This document shows, piece after piece, positions 20,714 through 33,986 of a DNA stretch of 64,000 nucleotides (position 1 is its first letter; every line of letters starts with the position of its first letter). A program made the translations under genes and the position numbers. The notes under the pieces were generated by a model that worked only from the letters and a program-made list of their open reading frames with translations, was not told the origin of the DNA and ran no database searches. Location: the NCBI RefSeq assembly GCF_052425735.1, contig NC_135761.1, forward strand, positions 24,180,001-24,244,000, given 5' to 3'. The DNA comes from Oculina patagonica (Eukaryota).

Positions 20714-23700
20714 GAGGCTCCGACTGAGAATATGAAGAATCGTTGGACAGGCTGGGAAAATCGAAAATCTTGAAACTTTGCCTGAATAACACCTTTGGGG
20801 AACTATGTTCGAAAATATTATTCTCATCTTCTAGGACTTTGTGGTTTTCGAGAAATTAAGAAAAAACGAAAATAACGGTTTTTAGCTCATTAAATATGCA
20901 AAAATATGCGTAAAAATGGCAAAGTTCTCGATATTCCTATAAGAGCAATTTTCAATGCCTTGAATCGAAATAAACTTAGAATAATAGCTTGACCTTTCTT
21001 CTTTCAGGCAACAGAAACTTTCAATTTTTTCCGGCCATTTTGAGGTTTCCTTCGCGTTTTAAAATATTGCTTTATCAAGCACTTCGGGAAAGGGCAAAAA
21101 TTGAGAAACTTTGGAGGCCAAAAAAGCACCTTGATATGTCCGATATCGAGTCAAAATAAACACTGTGCAAAAGCTCGATGTTTCTTCTATTCCAATATCA
21201 AATAAAAAATCTGGGCACTCAAGATTCACATAAATAAGAAACAAAAGTTTACGACCTACTCGTGTCTAATTTGCATAAAGCTAATTTTTGAATTCGTCCT
21301 CCGCTAAGTGATCTGGTCCGCTAAATTTACATTTGGGAGCTATGATTTGCACATAGAAAGCAATTTTAAACTTTATTTGATTTTTTTGACGTCTTATGAC
21401 GATACACTGGTTATATAGACGCGAAGAAAGAAGAAAAAACAGTAAAATCATCGACTGAGCTCCCCATTCCGTGACCTGCGTCACGTTATGAATTTTCTTG
21501 TCAATAATTGAATTAAAAAGATCGGAGGAAAGATTTGTTTGTTAGGGCTCTTACATTTCAAATTTAAGGTTAAAGATTAAGATAATAATATCATTCACTT
21601 ACCTGAAATTGGGAATGATTTGTATTTTTTATTTACTTGCGTAACTTACGACAAAAATATAAATCGTGTAGTTCTAATTAATTTGGAAGTTTACTTTTTT
21701 GTGAACATAAACATACATAATTATTAAAACTATGATGAACATTTATCGCTGTTAGCTTCCGTTCAGTTGTCATAAATGGAAATAAAATAGCAAATGTTTC
21801 TCATCTTGTTTTAAAACAACAATATAAAAGGTTTCGATCGTGCAAAATCCATTCATTCATTCAGATGTACATCACAAAATTAAATTAAAGAGACCGAACA
21901 TGTACACAGCGACAAGCACGAAATTATTCAACTGAAATTTAAAAATAGAATGACCCTTTACAGTTGTGCTCGTTTGTGGGGCTTGGAGTCCAAGCCCAGA
22001 AATCCAGAATTTGTCCAGTTTGTAAATTACCATGCAAACGCACACTTCAAATTTTGTTACATCTTGTATGACAGATACTGAAAGCATCGATAGCGAAGGA
22101 CAATTGTTAATTGCTCGTGCAGGTAAGGTAAAATATATTTTTTTCTTTGAACCACATTTGTGTGTAGGTAACTGAATTAATAGAAGCTTAACTATCCAAT
22201 ACCCTGGGATTTTTGTAGCGCAAGAATGCCAAGAACATACCGTAAAATCCTTCTTTTACACGGGAGGATCGCGGAACAGCAAGCAATCCTGCTCTGTTTT
22301 ACAAGAGACGGGTATGCTTGTTTCAGTTAGATCACATAAGCATTAACTTTCTGTTACTTAATTTTGTTTTAAGCCCACAGTAACAACTTCCAAGTAAAAC
22401 TTTGGTGAATAGTAGCCTACATGATTACTATAGTATTTCCTAGACTTTTAAGTTAAAACACTTTTCTTTAATATTGTAAAAATCGCTTTTGGTTTTAAGT
22501 TATAAAATGATAGTTGACCTTACCCTACTAGCCTTCAGAACAAGCGGTGTTGCTCAAGGGATAGAAAACGTATGTGAATGCGCGAGCAGGCGAGTGCAAA
22601 CACAAGAGCGCGCACGCGATTGTTAACTGCTACAGTTGTTTATCCGCTTGATCCTTCGCGCTGCGCTAAACCACTCGTTCTGTAGACTTACACTTTAGCG
22701 AAGGCACTAAGTGACAGACGTTGGTTTTCAGCCAGTGTTGCCAGATATTCGTTCTGGCAATTATATACCAAAAGTTGGAAGCTAAGCAGAGGCAGCGGAG
22801 CGTTTTGGAACTTGGAGGGAACTAGACTGTCCCAAAAATACTCGGCAGGTTTTCATATTTGGAGCGACTTTTATCTGTTCCAGTAATTGTTCTTGTTTTC
22901 TCAGCAATTTCTAGACCGAGGATTTCCGAAGATTCCCGTTTGTTGTTCGTAGGCCATACGAACGTTTCAAATTTTTTTTTTTGAACTTTTCCGTAGATAA
23001 ACGAAGTTTCCCGAAGACTTCCAATGACTTACTCACGAGACAGAATATCTTGGCAAACTTATTTTATGCTGCGCTCACGATATTTTCGGCACTAAAACGT
23101 GGGGGAGGGGGGGGGGGGGTCGAACAAGCCCCACCCCCAAATTCGTTTGGAGGGTCTACCACCCCCTGCCTCCCTGCCTCGCCGTAACAGGATTGCAGAG
23201 CAGGGGTGTTTGGTGTCTTTTTCACGATACCCCCAGGGTGAAATTCTAAAAGAAAACTTGTGGCCCGCAATTTCCCTTAGTATAGGCCTTCTTCTTAGTA
23301 GGTCTTCTTCTGAAGGCTAGTCGAAACACATGCGTCCTCTACCCCTTTAGCAACACTGTTTGTTCGGAGGCTAACACATTGAACATACGTTTTATTTTTG
23401 ACGTAAGTTACGCGATTAAATAAAATATATAAATCATTCCCAATTTCAGGTTGGTGAATGATATTATGATTAGTCAATAGTTTTTAGCATTTTACCCGTT
23501 TCTTAGTTTATATATGGTAGGTTTATATTAATTTAAGTGTCCCCAATTAGCAGAGGGTGTTTCCCCTTGCACTTTTTCGACATGTTAATAAAGTCTTTGA
23601 TTGATTGATTGATTGATTGATAGTAGGAATGGATATAGTCAAATGGCATTTTATAAAAGAAAACAAAAGCGATGTTTACAATATCGAGGAAAAGTGTTAA

Positions 23701-25800
23701 AAGTTAATACCGAGGTGTTTCTGTATTTCGGGTAAACTGTCATGTTTTCTTGGCATTCTAGCGGCTTCAAAAATCCGAAGGCATGGGATAGTTTAACTTG
23801 TATCAATTCAGTTATAAGGCCTGGTTCACATTAGCGACATAACGGCATAACGGCAAGGTCACGCAAATGTAAAAAACACCTCAAGTTGATGTTTTATGTC
23901 ACCAGTGTAAACAACCGCCTAACATAACGACATAGTTGGAACATAATGACATAAGCATAACGACATAAGGAAAGACCGTTATGTCCATGTCGTTATGTCG
24001 CTAGTGTGAACCTTATAAAATAATGTGGTTCAAAGAAAAAACAAATATTAAATTTACCTTACCTTCACCGGAAAGTTGATACTTCCGTGATCTAGCTGGA
24101 ACAAGCATATCCGTCTCTTGTAAAACAGAGCAGGGTTGCTTGCTATTCCGCGATCCTCCCGAGTGAAAGAAGGCTTATGACCCGCAATTTCCATTGGTTT
24201 AGAACATCTTGCTTCTCCAGTCCGCAAGCGAAGGAGCGTGTTCTTGTATTTATGACAAACTGTCATATGTTCTTGGCATTCTTGCGCTACAAAAATCCCA
24301 GAGTGTTGAATAGTTAAGCTTGCATTAATTCATGGTTCAAAGAAAAAAAAATATATTTTACCTTACCTGCATGGGCAACTAACAATTGTCCTTCGCTATC
24401 GATGCTTTCAGTATCTGTCAGACAAGATGTAACAAAATTTGAAGTGTGCGTTTGCATGGTAATTTACAAACTGGACAAATTCTGGATTTCTGGGCTTGGA
24501 CTCCAAGCCCCACCAACAAGAGAGGCACAACTGTAAAGGGTCATTCTATTTTTAAATTTCAGCCGAATAATTTCGTGCTTTGTGTTAAATGTCCTGGCGC
24601 CGAGTTCTGTCGCTGTGTACGTGTTCGGTCTCTTTAACGGGAATTATAAATTAATTTAATTTTGTGATGTGCCTCTGAATGAATGAATAGTTTTTGCACG
24701 ATCGAAACCTTTAGTTGTTTTAAAACAAGATGAGAAACTTTTGGTATTTTATTTCCATTATAAATGACAACTGAACGGAAACTAACAGCGATATATGTTC
24801 ATAATATTTATGTACGTTTATGTTCATATCTAAAGTCAACTTCCAAATTAATAATACTACGCAAGTTATAGCTTGGACGTAAGTTACCCGCCAGAGTAAA
24901 TAAAAGATACAAATCATTCCCAATTTCAGGTAAGTGAATGATATTATTATTTCACTCTTTAATCTTAAATTTGAAATGCAAGAGTCCTAACAAACAAATC
25001 AAATTCAATTGTTGACAAGAAAATTCATAACGTGACGCAAGTCACGCAATGAGCTCAGTCGATGATTTTACTGTTTTTTCTTCTTTCTTCGCGTCCATAT
25101 AACCTGTTGATAGGCATAAGTCGTCAATAAAATCAAATAAAGATTAAACTTGCTTTCTTTGTGCAAATCATAGCTCCCAAATGTAAATTTAGCGGACCAG
25201 ATCACTTAGCGGAGGACGAATTCAAAAATTAGCTTTATGCAAATTAGACACGAGTAGGTCGTAAACTTTCGTTTCTTATTTGTGTGAATCTTGAGTACCC
25301 AGATTTTTTATTTGATATTGTAATAGAAGAAACATCGAGCTTTTGCACAGTGTTTATTTTGACTCGATATCGGACATATCAAGGTGCCTTTTTTGGCCTC
25401 CAAAGTTTCTCAATTTTTGCCCTTTCCCGAAGTGCTTGATAAAGCAATATTTTAAAAGGCGAAGGAAACCTCAAAATGGCTGGAAAAAATTGAAAGTTTC
25501 TGTTGCCTGAAAGAAGAAAGGTCAAGCTATTATTCTAAGTTTATTTCGATTCAAGGCATTGAAAATTGCTCTTATAGGAATATCGAGAACTTTGCCATTT
25601 TTACGCATATTTTTGCATATTCAATGAGCTAAAAACCGTTATTTTCGTTTTTTCTTAATTTCTCGAAAACCACAAAGTCCTAGAAGATGAGAATAATATT
25701 TTCGAACATAGTTCCCCAAAGGTGTTATTCAGGCAAAGTTTCAAGATTTTCGATTTTCCCAGCCTGTCCAACGATTCTTCATATTCTCAGTCGGAGCCTC
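20714..25800. mobile_element. 5.1-kb non-autonomous Kolobok-like element with ~1.6-kb inverted arms
   Basis: TTAA on both sides; GAGGCTCCGAC...GTCGGAGCCTC termini; empty site gcattaattg at ~18950; no coding ORF. Confidence 0.85.
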
Positions 25801-26096
25801 TTAATTGTAAGATGTCTCACGGCTATAAAAGCACTAGAGTAAACATCCAAGAAAATTTCACATATTCACGCCAAAGACGGACGGTTAATAAAAAATTTCC
25901 ATGCAGCCGCAAAAAAAAGACGACATTTGCAAAATCAAATTCAAAGCAGGACTAGCCAAATGCGGGGGCAATGTTAGTGAGAACTACTCCTAGTTACAGA
26001 AGAAAAATACAGAGGAAATACACGGGGAAATACAGTGCATACAGTCAGAAGCTAGAAAAAAATCTCGACTTGGTTGAAGTGAGCGCGCAAGCTAGT

Positions 26097-26248
26097 CTCG
26101 GGTAATGATGACGTAACAATAGGGTTTGCCTGCAAATAGTATCGGGTAATGATGACGTAGCAATAGCGCTTGCCCGCATGGTGTTCTCGGGTAATAATGA
26201 CGTAACAATAGTACTTGCCCGCTATGGGTTTTGGGTAATGGTGACGTT
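26097..26248. repeat. ~44-bp tandem repeat x3.5 with conserved core CGGGTAATGATGACGTAACAATAG
   Basis: Direct inspection. Confidence 0.75.
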
Positions 26249-26481
26249 CAAGCAGCTTCCCGGATTACGCGTCTTCACAACTCCACAACTCTCACCTCGC
26301 ACATGTAGTGAATCATATTTTGGCGAGATGTATACCGGGCTAATTTTTCCAAAATTTTCAAGCCGGATGAAAGATTTTAAGTTTATATCCGATATGCCAA
26401 AAAGATTATTTTAAAAACTTGAAACGCACGTAAGTTACCGACAAAAACGTATTCTTTCAACTTAACTTTTTAGTCCGCTAA

Positions 26482-26697
26482 AGCCTAGTTTTCACTAGCG
26501 ACGCAAACACAAGCGTAAGGATAACGGCTATAATTTCACCGTGAATACGGCTTCGACGCAAACAAAAGCACAAACACAATTGAATTTTGATGCTTATGCT
26601 TGAACTTGTGTCAAGCACAAGGGTCATTTTTTTTTCCTGTTCGCGTGCTTGCGTTTGCGCTTGAGTTTGTGCTTGCGTCGCTGGTGAAAACCAGGCT
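26482..26697. mobile_element. PIF/Harbinger-like MITE
   Basis: AGCCTAGTTTTCACTAGCGACGCAA...TTGCGTCGCTGGTGAAAACCAGGCT. Confidence 0.65.
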
Positions 26698-27711
26698 TAG
26701 GTGTTCTAAAGCTAATTATATAATTAGAATGTTTCAACCGAAGAGCCTACATGACATCGGCAGACACAACGTTAATCGGTCGGGAATAAACACAACCTCG
26801 TCCCAGGGCGCTTAGGTTGGAATAAACACCTAAAGCGATACTTGATGAAAACGTTTGATCTTTTAGTCAGGGCTTTGTATTCGGTCGCTACACTTCTAGT
26901 AGAAATTCGAGGCTTTGTGCTAAGATTAAATTGCGTGAACATTTCCCCAAAGAGGTGACCGGAAAAAACAAACCAAGCACTGCTTGGCCCGGTCATCTGA
27001 GAACGTGTTTGTGGGCAGTTTGTGGGCGGTGTTTGTTTGCGGCGAAACGATAGATTTTTCTAAACGCTATTTTCTCGAATTATATTTTTCGCATGGTAGC
27101 TAAAACTCCAAGGGATTTTGTTCAATTGACTTCAAATCATCAGAGGAATTACTTCAATATGTCAGCAACAAAAACATGTCACAGATTGTTTTATTTATAA
27201 AAACGTTTGCGTTGAGAGGCTTTTTTGTACGATCAATCCATGTTTTTTTAGCCCTTCTTCGAAAATGCTCTGTAACTTTTTACTGTAATCGAATACGACA
27301 AAACGCCGACACGTTTTTTTAGCACTTTGGGAGCGGAAACTCTCGAACAAATCAAACTAGCGAATTTTAAAGCTTTCAATAGGCGATTCCGACTTTCGTC
27401 TTTAGACCTCTAAAAAAAATCAACAATTGATTATATCACAAAATGGATGAAATATTTAGATAGCCAGTTCTGTGAGCTTTAATTTAATATAGGGTTTTAT
27501 GTGTATCTACAATTCAACCCGGACGCGCTACAGTGTTTTAAAGTGAGACATCCCTGAAGGCAGCCGAGTTTCATTTTTTTGAGCTTGTGCAAGAGAAGTT
27601 TAACGTGGCAGTCTTTTTTGAGCTTTTTGGTGCTTTCTTCCAGTCTGTAAATATTTTACCCTTAGGCCACCTGACTAGTAAGGATATTTGTTTGGATTTT
27701 GTTGCTATCGA

Positions 27712-28021
27712 AATAGATTACAAAGCTTGCTATTGTAGACATGTGTAGAGCAAGTTGGTTACGATTGCTGAATTGAACAGACTCAGTTTACATAGAGAAA
27801 ACATTGAGAATAGTGAAACTAAGCAGAAAGTCAGAAACCGTGAGCTACTGCGCAGTACGAGTGTTTTGTTTTCTTTATGTAAACTTGGTTTTTCGACTGA
27901 GTCTTTCAGTCGCTCTTGTGTGTGATTTGTGTCTGACAAATCGCAGATTTGTACTGAGTCTTTCAACTGATCCAGCAATCGTAACCAACTTGCACTACAG
28001 CAGCAAGCTTTGTGATCTATT
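27712..28021. mobile_element. MITE with AATAG...CTATT termini
   Basis: Imperfect ~60-75-bp inverted ends (CAAGTTGGTTACGATTGCTG / CAGCAATCGTAACCAACTTG). Confidence 0.65.
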
Positions 28022-28632
28022 ATGTGACTGCCACATCAAAATTATACAGTTTAGTATTTTAAAATTGAAAGCGAAATAAATATTTTACAATAACATTGAG
28101 CTATCTTTAACTTCTCACTGCCCATCAATGCCTCACCCAGTACCCAGATGCGATAGCCACTAACACTAAACCGCACGCTACAGTTTCGTGCACATTTACA
28201 ACCCTCAAAAATAAACACAAACAAGTTTCCATTTTATACAAATCAGATAAGATTCAAAGACCGGGGGCACTTTTAGTGTCAACTACACCTAGTTATGTAT
28301 TTCTCTGCAAGTTAGTTTCTCGGCGTAGTATTATGTAATCGTTTATTGTTTGTTTTCGTAACTTCATTAGCGCTATTGTTTGTTTTCAAATCAGTATAAA
28401 ATCTCGTATGCTGATTGGTTGTAAATAAGTTTTCGTTTATCCGGAGTTGCCGTACAGATCTTGTAAGTAATCTTTTTCCCTTGTATTTTCTCGATTCTTG
28501 TTCAATTTTTGTATTCCGTTTTATAGTTAAGTTTCAAGTTCTAGTTTATTTATTCTACGTTTTCTTTGTTTTACATGATGTATCCAAGTTAATCGCAAAG
28601 TTTTACGCAAAGGGTAACTAACCGTACAAGGA

Positions 28633-28633
<1 letters not shown>

Positions 28634-28712
<79 letters not shown>
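28634..28712. repeat. (AAT)n microsatellite
   Basis: ~26 perfect units. Confidence 0.98.
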
Positions 28713-28713
<1 letters not shown>

Positions 28714-29023
28714 TTCTTTATCCAGAGAGCTCACATCAGCAATGCCAATGGTACAATGCCAATCATTCTGCCTACTTTTCATAGAACTGCTTCGCTTAGG
28801 TAAAACTGAAATCACCCTATCTTTTAACAATAAACGAATTCAATATCTTCTATTCCCTCGTTGGACACGTCAATAAGATGATCATAATAAACTCACACTT
28901 CATGCTCATTGATTATTTTGTCGCATCATTTCCAACTCATGCCCATGAATAATTGTTACACAATATATATGAAACAATTACGATATAATAATTGTCTGTT
29001 TTTATCATACATTCCACAGAGAT

Positions 29024-29934
29024 ATGGCGACTTGTGATGATGATTTCTTATGCATTTTGCAAGATGACAGCCAAGAAGGAGAGCAAGAAATGACAGATAT
29101 TGGTCATTCTTCAGCCGAAGCTACAACATCAAAGTCTATCAGTTTTGACATGTGGAATGGCTGTACCCTAGGAAACTTTAGGGCCAAACTGGGTCAAAAT
29201 AGGACATTCAAACCTGTTTGTATTTATTTGCTTAAAGAAGTTACAGAGTTTCTGAGTAGCTTCAATATTCAGTACCTGGTTTGTGGTGGCACAGCTCTGT
29301 CAGTGTACAGGGAAGGTGGAAAAATGATATGTCATGATGGGGATGTTGATATTGCCATATTTGAGTCTGACTTTTCAAGTGTTATGTGGAATCTTTCTGC
29401 CTTAACTTCCAAGCAAGATGGTTACATAAGCCTGTCAGACAAATGCCCTGTGAATGGAACAAGTTGGTTTAATGTAGATGGAAGCGAAATCTTGTACAAC
29501 GGATGTGGTGGTAAATTAAACGACTTAAATTCTGTGCTACTAGAAAACTCTGGGATGACTTTGGAATAAGAACTGATTTGAGGTTTGATCCAACCCTGGC
29601 TCATGTAGATGTGTTTACCTTTGGACAGCATCCTGATGATCATTCTTGCTTTTGCTACAACTGGAATATTCCTGGAAGGTACGATTTCCGGTGGAAGCGA
29701 TTCCCAAAGTCATGTGTATTACCGCTCAAGACTTACAAATTTGAAGGCATTTCTGTTAAAGGGCCAAATTGTTTGAAGACTTTCCTAGAAGTAGAGTATG
29801 GATATCTGGGGCGCGATGCAATGTTTGACTTCGCCTCTCAACTTTATGTAAAAATTCCCGAACCAGTTTTTGAAAACCTACCAAAAAAGATGAAAAAAGC
29901 ACTAGCCAATGATAGTGAAATGAATGAAGCGTGA
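29024..29934 (+). pseudogene. LicD-family paralog with a 5-bp frameshifting insertion
   Basis: Near-identical to 1514-2419; extra TTAAA at 29516-29520 (911 vs 906 bp) splits the ORF. Confidence 0.85.
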
Positions 29935-31552
29935 ATAAGATACATTCTGCCCCATAACTTAGCGGTACAATCAGTGTTGTGTAGAGTTTTACGACTTAGC
30001 GAGATTAAGTTGCATTATGATGTAGAAACAGCTGTTCACACCTGACTGGACCTGTCCGCTGTGAGTTATGTGAAGGATTCATGCGAAGCGGTCTGACCTG
30101 GCGCCAACATTTTTAGCCGACCCGGCTAAAACGTACCAGTCAAGGTGCTCAAGTCGAAAAACCGGACCGGATTGGGACTGGACAGTAGGAGTTTCAGGCA
30201 TTTAAGCAAAGAACATTTTTTTAATGAAACTTACCCCGTGGTTTACTTTGTAGACGACACCAAAAGCGCCATTTTCAAGTGGCCGTAGGACTCTAAATTC
30301 AGTAACAGTTGCGTGTCGTAGCTTCAACAGAAAGAGTGATTTCTCGAAAGTTCCAATTTTTAGATGCTCAGTCATAATTTATCGTCTTGGGGGGTAGGGG
30401 TAAGGAGGTTTTCGTATAAGGCATATTTGTGATATTCAGTGACGGGAATGACTAATGTATGTAAGCTCATTTGAGAAAAAAAAAACGAGATTATAAAACA
30501 GGCGAACTTGCGATTTCCTTGCAAGGGTCCCCTCACCTTACGAATGTTTATTGTTTGATGTCCATTTTAAGTATTTCGTCTTCTAGGAAACGGTTCAATA
30601 ATTGACCTTTACGGTAAAATCTGTCGTTGCCATGATATAAAGCTAACACGACTCGATATGCAATAATGAAAATCAAATTCCAGCATTTTTTAAATTTGAT
30701 CTCTAAATATCTGAAAATTTTTTCAGTCATTTAAACTCGATCTTGTAAATATTATGCAGCAAAGGGTTTTGTTGATTGATCTCGAGGACGTTATACTGAA
30801 AATACAGTTCAGTAAATGTATCGAAACAAGTTGCCAACTGGTACGCTTTGTCTGTCAAATGTGCATGCCAAAATACATGCATATTTGCAAATGCATGATG
30901 TCAAATACAGTCATAAGAGGCGTTTGCTTGTAAAAAAAGTCAATGGCCTATTTGCGTCGTACAGTACCCGCTCTCGTTTCAGTTCCATAAAGAAAAGCAA
31001 GGGAAGATTTGAAATAAGTGCTAATTAAAGGGACCGATTTTCAGGTTCATCTATGTTAATGAAAAGGCCACTTCAATCAGCCTCGACGGATTCAGCGCGC
31101 GACAATCTAGTTTTGTTGCGAAACGAGGTCACCAGTGAATGAAAGTGAATATTAAACTGAAATAAATATTTCCGGTAACAAAACCGGGAACGGAAACGAA
31201 GGAGACAAAACGAAAGTCAGTAGCAACCAGTTAAACCCAGATCTAGGCTGACTCTTCTTCAAACAGGCTGTTTATTCAGACTGGTTATTTATTGGAACTG
31301 GTTACTCAGTTCTTTTAAACAATAATACAGTAAACTGGAGAAGTGCATCTGAAATCATAATAACAGGTCACGACATGCAATCTCTTTTTTTTTAAACTAA
31401 ACAGGCAAACTTGTGGGTTAATTCTCTTTGATAATCTCTTGAGCACTCACTTTGCAGAGGTTTATTTTTCACTGAAATACAAAGGAGAATAACATTTTAT
31501 GCCTGTGTCCTGAATGTCTACAGCTGAGACTAAAGTTAAGACTGCTGGCGAT

Positions 31553-32536
31553 TTAACAGCACCAACCAGACGCTTGTTGTGTTGTATTTGCTTCCAGCCT
31601 TACACTTTGTCGAGCAGATTGGACTCTTTCATTAATTTCCACAGCGCTTGGCCTCTCGTTTGCGTTGTACAATAAGGCATCAAGAGTGACTCTTCGTTGG
31701 GAAGTTGTTGCATTCGTGTAAGGCGAAAATGTAACTTTGCAGACTTTGGCATTTGGGTTTCTTGCCATAGCGTACCCAAGACCAACTTTCCCTTCCCAAC
31801 CAAGGCTGACAAAGGCACCGTAAAACCGCTTTCCGCCAAACACGATGAAATCCCGCTCAAGGATTGCGAAAAACAGCGTACCAAGGGAAAATACGTCAGC
31901 TTTTTCAGTGTAATGGCCAGCGAAAAACTCTGGAGCCACCCAGTGTATGGGGCCAATTCCTGAGCTCATGTAGTATTGCGTGTAACTGGTCAGCCATGAA
32001 CCGTCGTCTTCTTGAGCGTAGGTTCGTTTGAGTTTGGTGTACTCGCGAGCGAGGCCAAAATCAGCCAATTTCACATCCCCCATTGCGGTCAAAAGCACAT
32101 TATCCGCCTTTAAATCGCGGTGAACCACTCCGCGTGAGTGGAGATGGGCAAGAGCTTCGGCAATTTGACTCATCCACTTCATATTTGTTTCTGTACTACT
32201 CGCTCGATCAAGACGCTCGTTTAAACTTCCGCCCGAGCAGTACTCAGTCAAAAGCAACATGTGTAGGCCTTGTGTATCACGGAACTGATCTGCTGCTATG
32301 ATAGCGATCACATTCTCGTGGAAGATTCTGTTCAGTGTTGTAGCCTCGCGGACAGCATTACGAAGCTCCGAGCCATTTAAACAAAGAACATCTTTTAATG
32401 CGTAGACTGCGGAACTTGCCTCGTCTTTTACTTTGTATACGACACCAAAAGCGCCATTGCCAAGTCGCTGTTGGATTCTTACTGTTTTGTTTCCAACTGA
32501 AACTCTTGATGGAAGAGTTACTGCGGCCTGCTGCAT
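31553..32536 (-). CDS. Type-A STK35/PDIK1L-like kinase, intronless, 327 aa, GWCC tail
   Basis: LGNGAFGVV, YALK, HRDLKADN, DFG, GIGPIHWVAPE, KADVFSLG. Confidence 0.88.
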   Translation of the reverse strand: MQQAAVTLPSRVSVGNKTVRIQQRLGNGAFGVVYKVKDEASSAVYALKDVLCLNGSELRNAVREATTLNRIFHENVIAIIAADQFRDTQGLHMLLLTEYCSGGSLNERLDRASSTETNMKWMSQIAEALAHLHSRGVVHRDLKADNVLLTAMGDVKLADFGLAREYTKLKRTYAQEDDGSWLTSYTQYYMSSGIGPIHWVAPEFFAGHYTEKADVFSLGTLFFAILERDFIVFGGKRFYGAFVSLGWEGKVGLGYAMARNPNAKVCKVTFSPYTNATTSQRRVTLDALLYNANERPSAVEINERVQSARQSVRLEANTTQQASGWCC

Positions 32537-33986
32537 TTTATAAGCTATTTTTCTCTTTGTAAAATGTCACCAAAAGCGCGATGGAGCTTCGAAGCGGAGG
32601 ATGACTTCTCGGAAAAACCGTGTTATTTGCTGATATCTTATTGGACCGCTACATAAAGGGAAAGGAAGGGACGGGATGGAGCATCAAAACTAATCACATT
32701 CGAGGGGACTTTCAGCTTACAACTGCGGGTTTCACTGCTTTTAGTTAAGACCATCATTCTGAATGTAGGGTTTACTTTAGACATTAAATAAAAACGTACC
32801 GGCCTTGAGAACATATAAATCAACTTTGTATTTCCTCAAAGTGTTCCCAATTCGAAATCCCCAAACCACCCTCTCCCCGACAAGTTTTATTTCTAGGAAA
32901 CGGCTCCAAATATGGTCCTGACACAGGTGACGTGGAGCGAAACTGAATAATTATGAAAAATAATAACAAAATAATGGCCGTCGCTAAAGACACATAAAGA
33001 TTCAACAGACTCGATACAATGTTCGATAAACCGATACTCCGATTATATGACAATAATTGATGGGCTACCAAACTCATATTTGATGAGACTTTGCTCAGAT
33101 TTTTACTGATTAAGTCAAGGCTCATTATGTAATTAACCAGAGATTTTACAAGGGGTCCCGTCATCTTACGAATGCTAATTGTTTGTTGTTCTTTCTTAGT
33201 ATTTCGTCTTCCAGGAAACGCTTTAATGACCTTTTCACGGTAAAATCCGGTGTTTTGACTATGGAGCTAACATGACTCGAAATACAGTTTTGGACATCGG
33301 TTCTTAATATTAAGTAATAATTTTAAAATATGATTTCTGAATGTTTACAGTCTTTTAAACACAAAATATCAGGCAGCAAATGATTTTGCTGAGTTGAGAC
33401 TATCTGGTGAAAAAACATGAGCACTCGACTGCAACTGTTTACAGTTTCATGTATAGAAACAAGTTGCCAACTTGTACGCTTAGTCTGTCAAATGTGCATG
33501 CCAAATACACGGCAAATACATTTTTCCAAATACAGTCAGCACTAAGACTGAGGCGTTTCATATATATCCATTCCCGGAAAACCGGGAATGGATATGATGG
33601 AGACGAAACACAAGTAGCAACCAGATCATAACCACGTTTAAGGCTTATGTTTTGACACAGGAACTTCTTGAAAGAGACTGATTATTTAGATTGGATATTT
33701 ATTCGAAATGAAACTGAATTAAAAAAAAACACATTCCCAGCCGACAAGTGTAAGTGATAGAGTATGAAAATGACACCGAAGAACATCATCCTGTAGTACT
33801 CAATATTTCAGTCAACAACGAGGAGATAAATTAAAAAAGTATAAAAAAAAATAAAAAATAAATAAAAAAAGGCTTTAAAAAAACAACAAAAGGCTTTAAA
33901 ACTTTTTAAATTTTTAAAATGCGAACGTAATATTTCGGTTTAATTCAAAACCATTCTCAAACGATGGACTAATTATACAGGCAAGC

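Larger units (their letters stand above)
16982..25994 (+). mobile_element. Non-autonomous Helentron/DINE-1-like element with duplicated 5' and 3' portions and nested insertions
   Basis: 5' TTATTGCCCCCGC (16982; again at 17489) followed by an 11-bp-stem hairpin (16996-17021); 3' GCGGGGGCAAT + short TAGT-GAGA-ACTA stem-loop + CTAGT (20345-20377; again at 25962-25994). Confidence 0.65.
28757..32910. repeat. Segmental duplication unit 2 (LicD + type-A kinase)
   Basis: Colinear with ~1215-7360; boundaries approximate. Confidence 0.9.

Noticed and set aside
26097-26248. CRISPR-like repeat/spacer look
   Set aside because: Eukaryotic context, no cas genes, linkers short and related to each other
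28618-28830. Poly-Tyr ORF
   Set aside because: Translation of the (AAT)n microsatellite
30240-30296. Kinase Gly-loop remnant (ENGAFGVVYKV, minus strand)
   Set aside because: Only ~55 bp; a deletion relic, not a gene
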